Below are positions 19,609 to 29,967 of a stretch of DNA of 64,000 nucleotides, piece by piece. The stretch is from Bacteroidota bacterium. Its GTDB lineage: Bacteria; Bacteroidota; Bacteroidia; Chitinophagales; Chitinophagaceae. The position numbers were made by a program, and so were the translations under genes. Each line of letters begins with the position of its first letter. The first letter of the stretch is position 1. Location of the stretch: NCBI GenBank assembly GCA_037975885.1, contig JBANFS010000005.1, positions 66,504-130,503 of the forward strand, given 5' to 3'. The notes below the pieces were generated by a model, which saw only the letters and a list, made by a program, of their open reading frames with translations, was not told the origin of the DNA and did not search any database.

Positions 19609-22600
19609 CGAGAAATAATAGAGCGGCTTTCCTTTAAATACGCCTTTCATTGGCCATCCAGCATCAAGCTTCATAAAGTAACCTAGTAAGGTACTTCTTA
19701 CACCAAAGCCATAACCACCTGCAAAAGGCCCAAGACCACCCGCATCGAGTTTCACCACCACTGGAGAGTTAACATCAACAATCACGTCACCTGGGCGTTT
19801 GATGCCATTGTACTTGCCATTCCAAGCTGTTCCTAAATCTATAAACTGCGTGATTTGGAAGTTGCGTAAAAATGCGTTGTTGATAGGTCTATTAAATATG
19901 GTTGCAAAAAGAGGCAGTCTAAATTCTGAATTGATTACAAATGCATTGTTGCCGTTTGCAATATTTTGTTGGTAGCCTCTCATGTTTACAGCTAATGATT
20001 GGAAGGCATAGCTCTGATCCTGCGCTGGAAAATTTTGACTATTAAACTTTGGGTTGATCCAGCTATCAACACCCCCTAGGTAATAAATAATTTTTTGTCC
20101 GCCCCACGAAAAATCAGCAGCAGCTCTTCCGGCCCAAATAAAATTTCTGTAAATTTTATAGTAGTAGCGTGCATCAAATCCTAGATTTAAAGTTGCCTTA
20201 CCATTGTTCATTTCTGTTTTAAGGCTTGGCATATTGAGGTCAAAGAAAATTTTATAACGCAGTCCGTTCCAAATATTTTGTGTTGGGTTGATGGTATTAT
20301 CATGCACATACTCGATGCGTGATACCATAAATTTACTAACCGTGTCGGGGTAGGAAAGTGCACCTGGGTCTGGATAGCCTACTCTATTATCGTAAGATTT
20401 TAAAATGCCTCTATCAACGCGAAGGCCAAAAGTGACACGTAAACTTTTTACTTCATTAAATGGGTACGCAATATTACCTTGGAATAAATTGGTAATAAGC
20501 ATATTAGAATAAGGCGTATTAAAGTAGTTGGTTACATTGCTTCTATAGTAAGTGGCGCCCCAGTCTAATCTCTTTTTAAAGTTCTGGTAGCTAAAAATGA
20601 TATCCTTGTCTTTGAGGTCGGTTCCAAAACGAATACCACCCATAAACTTATGGTCCTCTAATAAATCGCTAGTGCCAATTCTTAAATTGAAGTTGAAATT
20701 ATTACCATTGTTTAATTGAATGGGGCCTGCGCCACCTGCATAAGGTTGATATCTATTGAGTAATAAGTTGTTTGAAAATCCACTCAAAATATAGTCGCTA
20801 CTAAATTTAAGTCGGTAGTCAAATAGTTTGGAATCACTTAAAATATTTTTTGCCTTAGCAGATAATAGATCCGCTTTTTTTACAGAAAAACTATCTGCGG
20901 GTTCGTCGGAAAATTCTGATTGAAAAAGATTGGCTTTTGCAGAAGTGTCAATTGTTTTTTTGTAGACAATGGCGTTACCTTCTGCTGCTCTCATTTCATC
21001 CATTACTTTTTTCATGTAAGTAGTGGGTCTCAAATTGAGGTTTCTCTTTTTTAGTGCGATAGAGTCTACGCGTAGTTTGTATAAGAATTTATAATCGCCT
21101 TCACGTCTTACTTCGCTCACCTGGCCTTTATCGCCAGCTATTCTAGTTTCTAGCAGTGAGCTTTGGTAATTGGTAATAGGGAATGAGTACGTAGAGTCTT
21201 TGTAAACTTGAAAAAAACTAATGCTATCTGGCTTTTCTCTTTGCCATGCATTTAGGGTAGAGTCAATTTCTTTGGGTGATGCGTTGCGAAGCATATCGTC
21301 ACCAATATGATAGAGTGTATCTAGTCCATTTCTTTGCGTTGCAAAAAATCCTGCCCATCTGTTACCAACGCCGTTTTCATCAGCTACAAAAGTAAAGTGG
21401 TTGGTGTTGTATCCCATTGGATAGCTTGCATTTCCGTATTTTAAATTGGTAAGTTGTGTGATTTGTTTGTTTTTACTATTGTTTAAATAGTCAACCATAA
21501 ACACGTTAAAATGATATTTGCTAGGTATTGCGGTGTCGCTATTTGGCGCATACGGGCTAGGCCTGTTAGACGAAAATAAAATACCAGATTTGTTAGGAAA
21601 AGAAACAAAACTTGGATGCAAATCATCATAAACGTCGTCTGTAAACTGCGTTAATTGGTTTTCTTCAATTTTGTAGGTAAAAATATCGGTATGGCCATTT
21701 TTTGCAGCACTCATCACTACATTATTGGCGTCTAGCATATAGGATGCATCTAAAATTTGATCGATGCCTGCAATTTTTTGCTTGAACCGCTTAATGCGCG
21801 TTACCACGTCATACACAAACATTTTAATGGCACCTTCTTCCGAATAGATGACTAATAATTTGGTTCCTTTATTATCCCAGGCCATAATTGGATAGTTGGG
21901 ATTGATATCTCCTTGATTCGTTCTTACGCCAGATTTTAAAAGCACACGACCATCGTAAAAATTTTCCATCAGCTTTACACTGTAAATGCCTCTGTTAAAT
22001 TCCACTACTGCATAATTGTTGCTTTTTGGATTTGGGTTGGCTTGAAATCTGAAATAATCTTTTTTAGAAACGTCTTCTGAAATATTCAATTGGCCTTTTG
22101 GTGAATTTTTTCGCTGACGAATGTCTTTAGCATATTTATCTTGTTCATATTCCATGAATTCGGATAATACTTCTTTGAATTTCTTTTTGCAAACTTTTAA
22201 AAAGGCACTATTTAAGTTTTTATAAATTCTAGCTAGATAAAGTAGATATGTGATGTTTTCTTTTCTATACTTTACGCTGATAAAATTCCAGAATGCATGC
22301 CCTGCAAGGGTTGGCTTGTCAAATGCAAATTGATAAAACGTATTGTATCTGCCACTAAGCATAGCACTTTTAAGCGCGTCGTCTTTTTCTACACTCCAGT
22401 TTTCGGCAGCATACACAACATAACCATCGAGCATCCATTTGGGTAAATCTAATAATGCTTGGTTGCTTGCAAATTCTCCAATGTCTTCTCCAAAAAGTAA
22501 ATTATCAGATAATACTTTGGCGATGCCTTCTTTAATTTGTCTTTTTAAATTAGCGTGATTGCCATCAAAGTAAACCACAATTTTATTGTTCACCAGTTTT

Positions 22601-22944
22601 GTTAGACCACCAGCACTTTGCCAGTCTGATCCTAGGCCAATATTGCTGCTTTTATAATCATCATAATTACTGTATACAATAATGTTGGCCCTACGTTGTA
22701 AAGAATATTCTACAAAATTTTCGATAGCGCCTAATTCTTGCTCTGCAACCTGTGCCACAAACTTGCCAAGTTCTACCCCACCTTGTGATGTATATGTATT
22801 AAAATTGGGGGATTGATGAAATTTCCACACCAGTTTTTTATATTGTACTCTATTTTTACCAAACTCTACAGCATTGACCTGCGACTGGCCAAAAACAGCC
22901 AAACTACACATGATAAAAATTAGTCCTATTCTTTTCAATTTCAT
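19591..22944 (-). CDS. Large outer-membrane protein: signal peptide, peptidase-MA-like domain, TolB/PD40-like propeller and Omp85-type C-terminal barrel
   Basis: EFGKNRVQY N-terminus, propeller-like repeats (DDLHPSF, ILFSSNR), MRGY and FIDLG Omp85 motifs, terminal YFSLGFDF beta-signal. Confidence 0.7.
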   Translation of the reverse strand: MKLKRIGLIFIMCSLAVFGQSQVNAVEFGKNRVQYKKLVWKFHQSPNFNTYTSQGGVELGKFVAQVAEQELGAIENFVEYSLQRRANIIVYSNYDDYKSSNIGLGSDWQSAGGLTKLVNNKIVVYFDGNHANLKRQIKEGIAKVLSDNLLFGEDIGEFASNQALLDLPKWMLDGYVVYAAENWSVEKDDALKSAMLSGRYNTFYQFAFDKPTLAGHAFWNFISVKYRKENITYLLYLARIYKNLNSAFLKVCKKKFKEVLSEFMEYEQDKYAKDIRQRKNSPKGQLNISEDVSKKDYFRFQANPNPKSNNYAVVEFNRGIYSVKLMENFYDGRVLLKSGVRTNQGDINPNYPIMAWDNKGTKLLVIYSEEGAIKMFVYDVVTRIKRFKQKIAGIDQILDASYMLDANNVVMSAAKNGHTDIFTYKIEENQLTQFTDDVYDDLHPSFVSFPNKSGILFSSNRPSPYAPNSDTAIPSKYHFNVFMVDYLNNSKNKQITQLTNLKYGNASYPMGYNTNHFTFVADENGVGNRWAGFFATQRNGLDTLYHIGDDMLRNASPKEIDSTLNAWQREKPDSISFFQVYKDSTYSFPITNYQSSLLETRIAGDKGQVSEVRREGDYKFLYKLRVDSIALKKRNLNLRPTTYMKKVMDEMRAAEGNAIVYKKTIDTSAKANLFQSEFSDEPADSFSVKKADLLSAKAKNILSDSKLFDYRLKFSSDYILSGFSNNLLLNRYQPYAGGAGPIQLNNGNNFNFNLRIGTSDLLEDHKFMGGIRFGTDLKDKDIIFSYQNFKKRLDWGATYYRSNVTNYFNTPYSNMLITNLFQGNIAYPFNEVKSLRVTFGLRVDRGILKSYDNRVGYPDPGALSYPDTVSKFMVSRIEYVHDNTINPTQNIWNGLRYKIFFDLNMPSLKTEMNNGKATLNLGFDARYYYKIYRNFIWAGRAAADFSWGGQKIIYYLGGVDSWINPKFNSQNFPAQDQSYAFQSLAVNMRGYQQNIANGNNAFVINSEFRLPLFATIFNRPINNAFLRNFQITQFIDLGTAWNGKYNGIKRPGDVIVDVNSPVVVKLDAGGLGPFAGGYGFGVRSTLLGYFMKLDAGWPMKGVFKGKPLYYFSLGFDF

Positions 22945-23004
22945 AACCGAACTTTAGTGTTTTAAAATTAGTCAATTACCTTGTAAAATTTTCATAAAAC
23001 GCGC

Positions 23005-23640
23005 ATGATCCACATTAAAGCCTTCACTTTTAGCCCAATTTCAGAAAATACCTATGTTTTATACAATAACGAGGGCAAAGCTATCATAATTGACCCTGGT
23101 TGCTACTTTCCGAACGAACAAGAAACGTTAAAAGATTTCTTGACAGATAACAGCTTAACACCGGTATACCTGCTTAATACCCACTGCCATCTCGATCATG
23201 TGTTTGGGAACAAGTGGGTACATGAAACCTACAGTTTGGAGCCTCATTTGCATCCAAATGAGGAGGCCATGTTAGCGCTAGCACCGGTATCAGGTGAGCG
23301 TTGGGGTTTACCCTTTCAAAACTACACGGGGCCGCTGCATTTTTTAAATGATGGCGACACTGTATTATTAGGAGAAACTGAAATTCAAGTGATTTTAGCG
23401 CCAGGTCATTCGCCTGGAAGTATTTGCTTTTATATTCCTTCCCAAGGTGATTTGATAGGTGGTGACGTTTTATTTAGAGGAAGTATTGGAAGAACAGACC
23501 TTCCGGGTGGCGATTCAGAAACGCTTTTGAATAGTATTCGCGAAAAACTTTGGGTATTGCCTGACGAAACGGTGGTGTATTCGGGACATGGTATCAAAAC
23601 AACCATTGGGTACGAAAAAAGAAATAATCCTTTTTTGTAA
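23005..23640 (+). CDS. MBL-fold metallo-hydrolase (glyoxalase II/YcbL-like)
   Basis: THCHLDH, PGHSPGS, GDVLFRGSIGRTDLPGG and YSGHG motifs; no signal peptide. Confidence 0.92.
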   Translation: MIHIKAFTFSPISENTYVLYNNEGKAIIIDPGCYFPNEQETLKDFLTDNSLTPVYLLNTHCHLDHVFGNKWVHETYSLEPHLHPNEEAMLALAPVSGERWGLPFQNYTGPLHFLNDGDTVLLGETEIQVILAPGHSPGSICFYIPSQGDLIGGDVLFRGSIGRTDLPGGDSETLLNSIREKLWVLPDETVVYSGHGIKTTIGYEKRNNPFL

Positions 23641-23660
23641 CTAAATCTATAACTATATCA

Positions 23661-25823
23661 CTACTGTGCGAGGTATGTTTTTAAAAGCATGAGTCCTATA
23701 TTTTTATAGGGAGGTATATAGTCTTGAAAACTTGTTTTAGCTGCACCTTTTAGTTGATCATTCATTTGTTTCCAAATGGCAGGCCAAACAATATCTTGTC
23801 CTTTTTCAATCGTCTCCGCTATTTGGCTTAAAAGCGCAGCGTTGATAACGCCTTTGCCTATTTGTTTGCTGGCAATTACCTGTGTTTCTGGGGCGCGCTT
23901 TAGTACCGCTGCTAATTTTTGATAACCGCCACAACTCCCTAGTAGCACAAGTTTGACACTACTGTCAATGCTAGCGACGGTATGGTTTGCATAATAGCTA
24001 TGGCCTCTATGCACAATAATGCTAGGCGTTATTTGCTTTTCTGATAAATAAGCCGATAAACTATCCTGGGCTTTTAAATCAAGTTCTTCTTTTTCATCGA
24101 GTGGCGCATTTGCATAAATACTTATACGGCCATTTGTGCTACTCACTTCCGTAAAATATTTTTGTTTGATTATTTTCCAGCCAGTCTTGTTAAAACTATT
24201 TATAAAGGCATTAAAAATTTGTGCGCCATCTTTATCGCCATAAAAATATTGTCTGATAACTACTTTTTGTTGGTTATTTTTTAATGTGTTCATCGAAAGA
24301 ACTCCAACGTTATTGAGTAGTGCATGCGTTGTATTATTATTTCTATTGTCTTCTAAAAAAGCTGTGCACAATTCATCTAATAAAGCATAGAGACTGCTAC
24401 TTTTATTTTTTCTAATTTCTGTAAGTAATAAATTTTGCATGCTTGTATCTGTGATACTAGAAAAGGCATCTGCAACATCTACAGCGTCTTCTAATGTAGG
24501 CGCCTTGTCCAAATCACGCACAAAACTGCGCATATAATAACCACTTATATCGAGTGGCATATGAGATAAAAAATTTTGTAGCGTATTGTAATTCGCTGCT
24601 ACTGCAATAAATTTTTTAAAAAAATCTTGATGTACTATGGTGAGTAAATCACTTGTGGTTTTGGTCCCAAGTTTTTGAATGATGAGCGGATAAACGCCTG
24701 ATACAAAACTAGATGTATAGAGTTCGTCGGCACCTAGAACTGCAATATAATAGAGTTCATGCGGGCTTAAATTAGCTAGTTTTTTGAACCGAAAACTAGC
24801 TATCTCTGTTTGGTGTAAACCATTGATATCATTAACATACAGCTCCATCACAAGACTTTTAAGCCTCGATAATAGTGCCGCTTCTGCCACGAGCTTCTGG
24901 CCCATTTTTTTTCCTTCCACCTGTTGGATTCTCGTATGTACCAGAAGTTTAAAATAGTTTTCTGATTGGTCTTGTGGAATAAGCGGCGTGATGGTGTCGA
25001 TACTCATTTTACCAGTATAGAGCGCGTCCAAAAATGGAAAATAATAACGCCCGGTTTTCATAAATGCAAGCCTCCCAATCCATTTGACAAGTGGATGATT
25101 AATAGACTGAATTTTTTTACCAAGCGCACTTGGTGCTGCCGCATAATTGTATACTATTTCTGCATTTTTAAATGCAGCAGCGATAAGTATACTGTCGGCG
25201 TATCTGTTGCTAGAGATTTGTGGGCCTTGTTTATCCAATATTTGTAACACTTGCTCAGGATTGTTCTGACAGTTTTTTAAAACAATGATGTCTCTAGAAG
25301 CACCGTATCCTATATTATCAGTAAAGCTTTGGCTTGCCAATAAAATATTTCCAATACTTACATTTTCCTTTGCAATAACATCACTCATGTTAAGTCCTTT
25401 AGCGCTTAAGTGCATAGCTGTTGTGAACGCACGAACACATACGGCAACTTCTTCCGAATTTATTTTATTGAGTTTAAGTCCTAATTGAATTTCAGATAAT
25501 AAATTATTTAAGCCACGTAGCCATTTAAATTTTTCATTATCGGATAGCCCCAAATTTGATTCAATCCATTTTCTATTTTCAAAAACCGCAACTTGTAAAC
25601 TATCTTTTAGTGGTAAATTTTGGGCAATTGAAGGCAGCGTGATCAGGGCTTTTTCATTTTCAATGATATAATCATGACTCAACCCCCTGATGGTAGGAAT
25701 GGGCGGCATTTGATCACCCTTTTTAGTGGATTGAGCGGCTACGGTTATAGTGCATAGTACTGCCCATAGCATAAGGATTATTGGCAAATACACCGCTTTT
25801 AATATGTTGCTCTGGTTTTTCAT
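23661..25823 (-). CDS. Hypothetical exported 720-aa protein with possible C-terminal clan CD (CHAT-like) peptidase motif
   Basis: Signal-peptide-like N-terminus; mostly helical body; C-terminal IIVHRGHS...LVLLGSCGG. Confidence 0.6.
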   Translation of the reverse strand: MKNQSNILKAVYLPIILMLWAVLCTITVAAQSTKKGDQMPPIPTIRGLSHDYIIENEKALITLPSIAQNLPLKDSLQVAVFENRKWIESNLGLSDNEKFKWLRGLNNLLSEIQLGLKLNKINSEEVAVCVRAFTTAMHLSAKGLNMSDVIAKENVSIGNILLASQSFTDNIGYGASRDIIVLKNCQNNPEQVLQILDKQGPQISSNRYADSILIAAAFKNAEIVYNYAAAPSALGKKIQSINHPLVKWIGRLAFMKTGRYYFPFLDALYTGKMSIDTITPLIPQDQSENYFKLLVHTRIQQVEGKKMGQKLVAEAALLSRLKSLVMELYVNDINGLHQTEIASFRFKKLANLSPHELYYIAVLGADELYTSSFVSGVYPLIIQKLGTKTTSDLLTIVHQDFFKKFIAVAANYNTLQNFLSHMPLDISGYYMRSFVRDLDKAPTLEDAVDVADAFSSITDTSMQNLLLTEIRKNKSSSLYALLDELCTAFLEDNRNNNTTHALLNNVGVLSMNTLKNNQQKVVIRQYFYGDKDGAQIFNAFINSFNKTGWKIIKQKYFTEVSSTNGRISIYANAPLDEKEELDLKAQDSLSAYLSEKQITPSIIVHRGHSYYANHTVASIDSSVKLVLLGSCGGYQKLAAVLKRAPETQVIASKQIGKGVINAALLSQIAETIEKGQDIVWPAIWKQMNDQLKGAAKTSFQDYIPPYKNIGLMLLKTYLAQ

Positions 25824-25944
25824 ATGAAATCTCGTAAAAATACAACCTTATAAACCAGTTGGAGGCTTATTTTGTTAAAAGCCCCTTAAAAGCCTTAACA
25901 ATTACATAATATTCCTAAAAGATGGCTTTACCAATCTTTAAAAT

Positions 25945-25952
25945 TAAATTTG
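25945..25952 (+). promoter_or_regulatory. -7 element (TAAATTTG) upstream of the response regulator
   Basis: Exact TAnnTTTG match 19 nt before the ATG. Confidence 0.55.
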
Positions 25953-25971
25953 TGTAAACTATTTATCAATT

Positions 25972-26658
25972 ATGGCTGCTGCCCCTATAAAAAAAATATT
26001 GATTGCCGACGACGAACCCGATATTTTAGAAATAGTGGGCTACAATTTGCAAAAAGAGGGCTACGAGGTTCACACTGCAAAAAATGGCGATGAAGCCGTC
26101 GATCTTGCAAAAAAAATAAAACCAGATTTACTGATACTCGATATTATGATGCCTAAAAAAACGGGTATTCAGGTTTGTGAAATATTGCGCGCCCTAACAG
26201 AATTTAAAGATACTCTCATTATTTTTTTAACAGCAATGAGTGACGAAGCTTCACAAATAACGGGACTAGAAATTGGCGCAGATGATTATGTAAACAAGCC
26301 CATTTCTCCCAAAGTACTTGTAAGTCGTGTGAATGCACTCTTTAGAAGGGTTTCGCCAAAAGAAGCTTCTTCTGTGATGCAGTTTGGCTCGGTGCAAATT
26401 GATAGTATCAAGTTTATGGTTACCATTGGTGGCGATGAAAAGGTACTCGCTAAAAAAGAGTTTGAACTTTTACACTTACTCGCTTCTAGGCCTGGCCGCG
26501 TTTTTTTACGAAACGAAATACTCTCGCAAATTTGGGGTAACGAAGTAATTGTTGGCGACCGCACCATCGATGTGCACATCCGAAAAATTCGTCAAAAATT
26601 AGGAATCGACTGCATTACCACTGTTAAAGGCGTGGGATATAAGTTTGATTTACCTTAA
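25972..26658 (+). CDS. OmpR/PhoB-family response regulator
   Basis: ILIADDE, LILDIMMP (phospho-Asp), GADDYVNKP, winged helix KEFELL...RTIDVHIRKIR..GVGYK. Confidence 0.95.
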   Translation: MAAAPIKKILIADDEPDILEIVGYNLQKEGYEVHTAKNGDEAVDLAKKIKPDLLILDIMMPKKTGIQVCEILRALTEFKDTLIIFLTAMSDEASQITGLEIGADDYVNKPISPKVLVSRVNALFRRVSPKEASSVMQFGSVQIDSIKFMVTIGGDEKVLAKKEFELLHLLASRPGRVFLRNEILSQIWGNEVIVGDRTIDVHIRKIRQKLGIDCITTVKGVGYKFDLP

Positions 26659-26666
26659 TTTGCAGC

Positions 26667-27704
26667 ATGAAAAACCTTTCCATTCAGCAACTGGCGGCCT
26701 TCGCGGCAGCAATTATAGCGCTTGGTTTTTCTAGTACTATTGGCTTCATTTACCATAGTTGGTATCATTTTGGGGTTACTTTTCTAACCACGGGCATCGC
26801 ATCTTATTTACTGATCCGTTATATTTTTGAAATTTTCGTAAACCGAAAAATCAAACTTATTTACAAGCTCATTTACCAAACAAAAGCAACAAAAAGAGAA
26901 GAAACCTATTTTAAATATATTTTACCAAAAAAAGAACTAGATGAAGTAGGGGAAGAAGTGGTGCAGTGGGCCGAGCAGCGTAGTGCCGAGATTGAGCAAC
27001 TTAAAACCAACGAAAACTACCGCAAAGAATTTTTACAAAACCTATCTCACGAAATTAAAACACCCATTTTTGCAATTCAAGGGTATGTAGACACTTTATT
27101 AGATGGCGCACTAGAAAGTCCTGAAACAGCTGTTCGCTTTTTAAAAAATGCGTCTAAAAATGTAGACCGGATGGTAAATCTGGTAAAAGATCTTGATGAA
27201 ATTGCAAAGCTTGAAATGGGTGAACAGCCGCTCAATAAGTCTACTTTTTTTATTCAAGATATCATCAAAGAAGTGTTTGATGCTTTGTCTATTAAGGCAG
27301 CCAAACAAAATATTAGCTGCAGTTTCAAAAAAGGATCTGAGGGTCAAACATTGGTGTTTGCTGACAAAGAAAAAGTACGTCAGGTGCTCAATAATCTAGT
27401 GGTCAATGCATCTAAATACGGAAAGCAAGACGGATCTATTGTAGCCAGTGTTTACAAAACCGATGAAGACCATGTGCTCATCGAAATTAGTGACGATGGT
27501 ATTGGCATCGCTGAAGAACATTTGCCCCGCATATTTGAACGTTTTTACAGAACCGATAAAGGACGCAGTAGAGACGCTGGTGGCGCCGGTATTGGACTTG
27601 CGATTTGTAAACATATAATCGAAGCACATGGTCAAACCATCCATGTACGCAGTAAATTAGATATTGGAACCACGATTGGTTTCACGCTCGCTACAAGCGC
27701 ATAA
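26667..27704 (+). CDS. Sensor histidine kinase, PhoR-like (two TMs, minimal periplasmic loop)
   Basis: H-box LSHEIKTP, N-box QVLNNLVVNA, DDGIGI, FERFYR and GIGLAI boxes. Confidence 0.93.
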   Translation: MKNLSIQQLAAFAAAIIALGFSSTIGFIYHSWYHFGVTFLTTGIASYLLIRYIFEIFVNRKIKLIYKLIYQTKATKREETYFKYILPKKELDEVGEEVVQWAEQRSAEIEQLKTNENYRKEFLQNLSHEIKTPIFAIQGYVDTLLDGALESPETAVRFLKNASKNVDRMVNLVKDLDEIAKLEMGEQPLNKSTFFIQDIIKEVFDALSIKAAKQNISCSFKKGSEGQTLVFADKEKVRQVLNNLVVNASKYGKQDGSIVASVYKTDEDHVLIEISDDGIGIAEEHLPRIFERFYRTDKGRSRDAGGAGIGLAICKHIIEAHGQTIHVRSKLDIGTTIGFTLATSA

Positions 27705-27760
27705 TTCTTTTTCTATATTCCCGATCTCTACCTAATTTGCAGGCTTAATACGCATTTCAA

Positions 27761-28798
27761 ATGGCAAAAATATTGGTTACTGGCGGTTGTGGTTATATAG
27801 GTTCGCATACCATTGTAGACTTATTATCAAATGGTTTTGATGTTATCTCCATAGACAATTTTTCTAGGTCTTCTAATTATGCGGTAGCAGCCATCGAAAA
27901 AATTACAGGAAAGCGTATTAAAAATTACGAAGTAGATTTAAAAAATTTTGATGATACATTAGCGGTTTTTCAGGAAAACTCAGACATTGCTGGTATCATT
28001 CATTTTGCGGCTTACAAAGCAGTTGGTGAATCGGTACAGGAGCCTTTGTTTTATTATGAAAACAATATTGGATCGCTTGTAAACATTTTAAAGTGTGTGC
28101 AGGAATTTGACATTCCTCATTTTGTATTTTCATCTTCATGTACGGTGTATGGCAATCCGGATGCATCACCAGTAACTGAAAACTCAGAAGTTAAAAAAGC
28201 AGAATCGCCGTATGGTGCTACCAAGCAAATGGGCGAAGAAATACTACAAAACATCGCAGCAGCAGGCGGCGCAAATGTTATACTACTTCGCTATTTTAAT
28301 CCAGTAGGCGCACACCCATCAGCACTGATTGGTGAACTTCCTATTGGCAGACCACAAAACTTAGTACCTGCAATTACACAAACTGCCATTGGCAAACTGC
28401 CTACAATGATGGTCTATGGTAACGATTATCCAACCCGTGATGGTAGTTGTATTCGAGACTATATTCACGTTTGTGATATTGCTAGCGCACATACATTAGC
28501 ACTTCAATATTTGTTAGCAGAAAAAAATGCAGATGCCTGCGAAGTATTTAATTTGGGAACTGGTAAAGGCATTTCTGTACTCGAAGCCATTCAAACTTTT
28601 GAAGCTGTTAGTGGAACTGCATTAAATTACGAAATAGGTCCACGCAGGGCTGGCGATATTGTGGCTATTTATGCCAACAATGAAAAAGCCATCAGTAAAC
28701 TTGGGTGGAAAATTAATTACACCATAGAAGATATGATGCGTACGGCTTGGGCTTGGGAAAAGGGGGTGCAATTAAAAGAGTCGATTGCAAAAAACTAA
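27761..28798 (+). CDS. galE: UDP-glucose 4-epimerase
   Basis: GGCGYIGSH, HFAAYKAVGES, SSSCTVYG, YGATK and LRYFNPVGAH motifs. Confidence 0.96.
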   Translation: MAKILVTGGCGYIGSHTIVDLLSNGFDVISIDNFSRSSNYAVAAIEKITGKRIKNYEVDLKNFDDTLAVFQENSDIAGIIHFAAYKAVGESVQEPLFYYENNIGSLVNILKCVQEFDIPHFVFSSSCTVYGNPDASPVTENSEVKKAESPYGATKQMGEEILQNIAAAGGANVILLRYFNPVGAHPSALIGELPIGRPQNLVPAITQTAIGKLPTMMVYGNDYPTRDGSCIRDYIHVCDIASAHTLALQYLLAEKNADACEVFNLGTGKGISVLEAIQTFEAVSGTALNYEIGPRRAGDIVAIYANNEKAISKLGWKINYTIEDMMRTAWAWEKGVQLKESIAKN

Positions 28799-28799
28799 T

Positions 28800-29861
28800 T
28801 TATTGCACGAGCATCTTTTCGGCGTTTTCAGCCATCTGTAAAGCCTCAATAAATTCTTCAATTTCACCTCCAATAACAGCGTCTAAATTGTATGATGTTA
28901 AACCAATACGATGGTCTGTAACCCTTCCCTGTGGCCAGTTGTAGGTTCTTATCTTAGCACTTCTATCACCGGTACTTACGAGTGTTTTTCTGCGGGTAGA
29001 AATTTCTTCTTCTTGTTTGCGTACCTGCTCTTCGTATAATTTAGTACGAAGCATATTCATTGCTTTTTCGCGGTTACCAAGTTGCGATCTTTCTGTTTGG
29101 CAAACCACCACAACGCCAGTAGGAATATGCGTTAAAAAAACTTTGGTTTCTACTTTGTTTACATTTTGTCCACCCGCACCACCACTTCTCGCAGTTTCCA
29201 TTTTTACATCACTCTCTTTCAATTCAAAATCCACTTCTTCTGCCTCAGGCATTACTGCAACTGTAGCAGCTGAAGTGTGCACACGACCCTGGGTTTCAGT
29301 ATTTGGAACACGTTGCACACGGTGAACACCACTTTCAAATTTAAGGGTACCATACACGTCTTCTCCCGTTACTTCAAGAATTACTTCTTTGTAACCACCA
29401 ACAGTACCTTCACTTTCACTAACAATGGCTGTCTTCCAACCTTTTTTAGCGCAGTAACGTAAATACATACCTAGTAAATCACCAGCAAATAAACTGGCTT
29501 CGTCTCCACCGGTCCCTGCTCTAATTTCTAAAATGGCATTTTTATCGTCTTGTGGGTCTTTAGGAATTAAAAGCTTGGTTAATGTAGCTTCTAATTGTTC
29601 TTTTTGAATTTCTAATTCTGGTAATTCCATTTTAGCCAACTCACGCATATCTTCATCACTACTATTCTGGCTTTCTTTGGCAAATGTGTAATCCGAAAGT
29701 ACCCTTACATACTTTTCGTAAGGTTGTACAATTTTCTCTAATGAACGGTACTCCTTACTATATGCTCCAAACTGTTTTTGGTCATTGATAATTTCGGGAT
29801 TGGTAAGGGCAATGCCTACCTGATCAAAACGGGCTTTTATGGCTTCTAACTTATCGAGCAT
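28800..29861 (-). CDS. prfA: Peptide chain release factor 1
   Basis: GGQ motif, PxT recognition loop ([14 protein letters not shown]), [11 protein letters not shown]; continuous ORF without frameshift. Confidence 0.97.
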   Translation of the reverse strand: MLDKLEAIKARFDQVGIALTNPEIINDQKQFGAYSKEYRSLEKIVQPYEKYVRVLSDYTFAKESQNSSDEDMRELAKMELPELEIQKEQLEATLTKLLIPKDPQDDKNAILEIRAGTGGDEASLFAGDLLGMYLRYCAKKGWKTAIVSESEGTVGGYKEVILEVTGEDVYGTLKFESGVHRVQRVPNTETQGRVHTSAATVAVMPEAEEVDFELKESDVKMETARSGGAGGQNVNKVETKVFLTHIPTGVVVVCQTERSQLGNREKAMNMLRTKLYEEQVRKQEEEISTRRKTLVSTGDRSAKIRTYNWPQGRVTDHRIGLTSYNLDAVIGGEIEEFIEALQMAENAEKMLVQ

Positions 29862-29887
29862 AGGGTATTGTAGTTCTTATTGGAGGG

Positions 29888-29895
29888 CAAATTTA
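29888..29895 (-). promoter_or_regulatory. -7 element (TAAATTTG) upstream of prfA
   Basis: Exact TAnnTTTG match. Confidence 0.5.
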
Positions 29896-29967
29896 CGTTA
29901 TTCAGGTGGAGATTTTCAACCTAAATGAGCCTAAAGAATACTTATCTTCCCGTATAATTTTAGATGT

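Noticed and set aside
23005-23640. MBL-fold gene as a metallo-beta-lactamase resistance gene
   Set aside because: No signal peptide; motifs (GDVLF.GSIGRTDLPGG) match cytoplasmic glyoxalase II/YcbL-like hydrolases
28800-29861. Programmed frameshift in a release-factor gene
   Set aside because: That is a prfB feature; this is RF1 (PxT motif) with a continuous ORF
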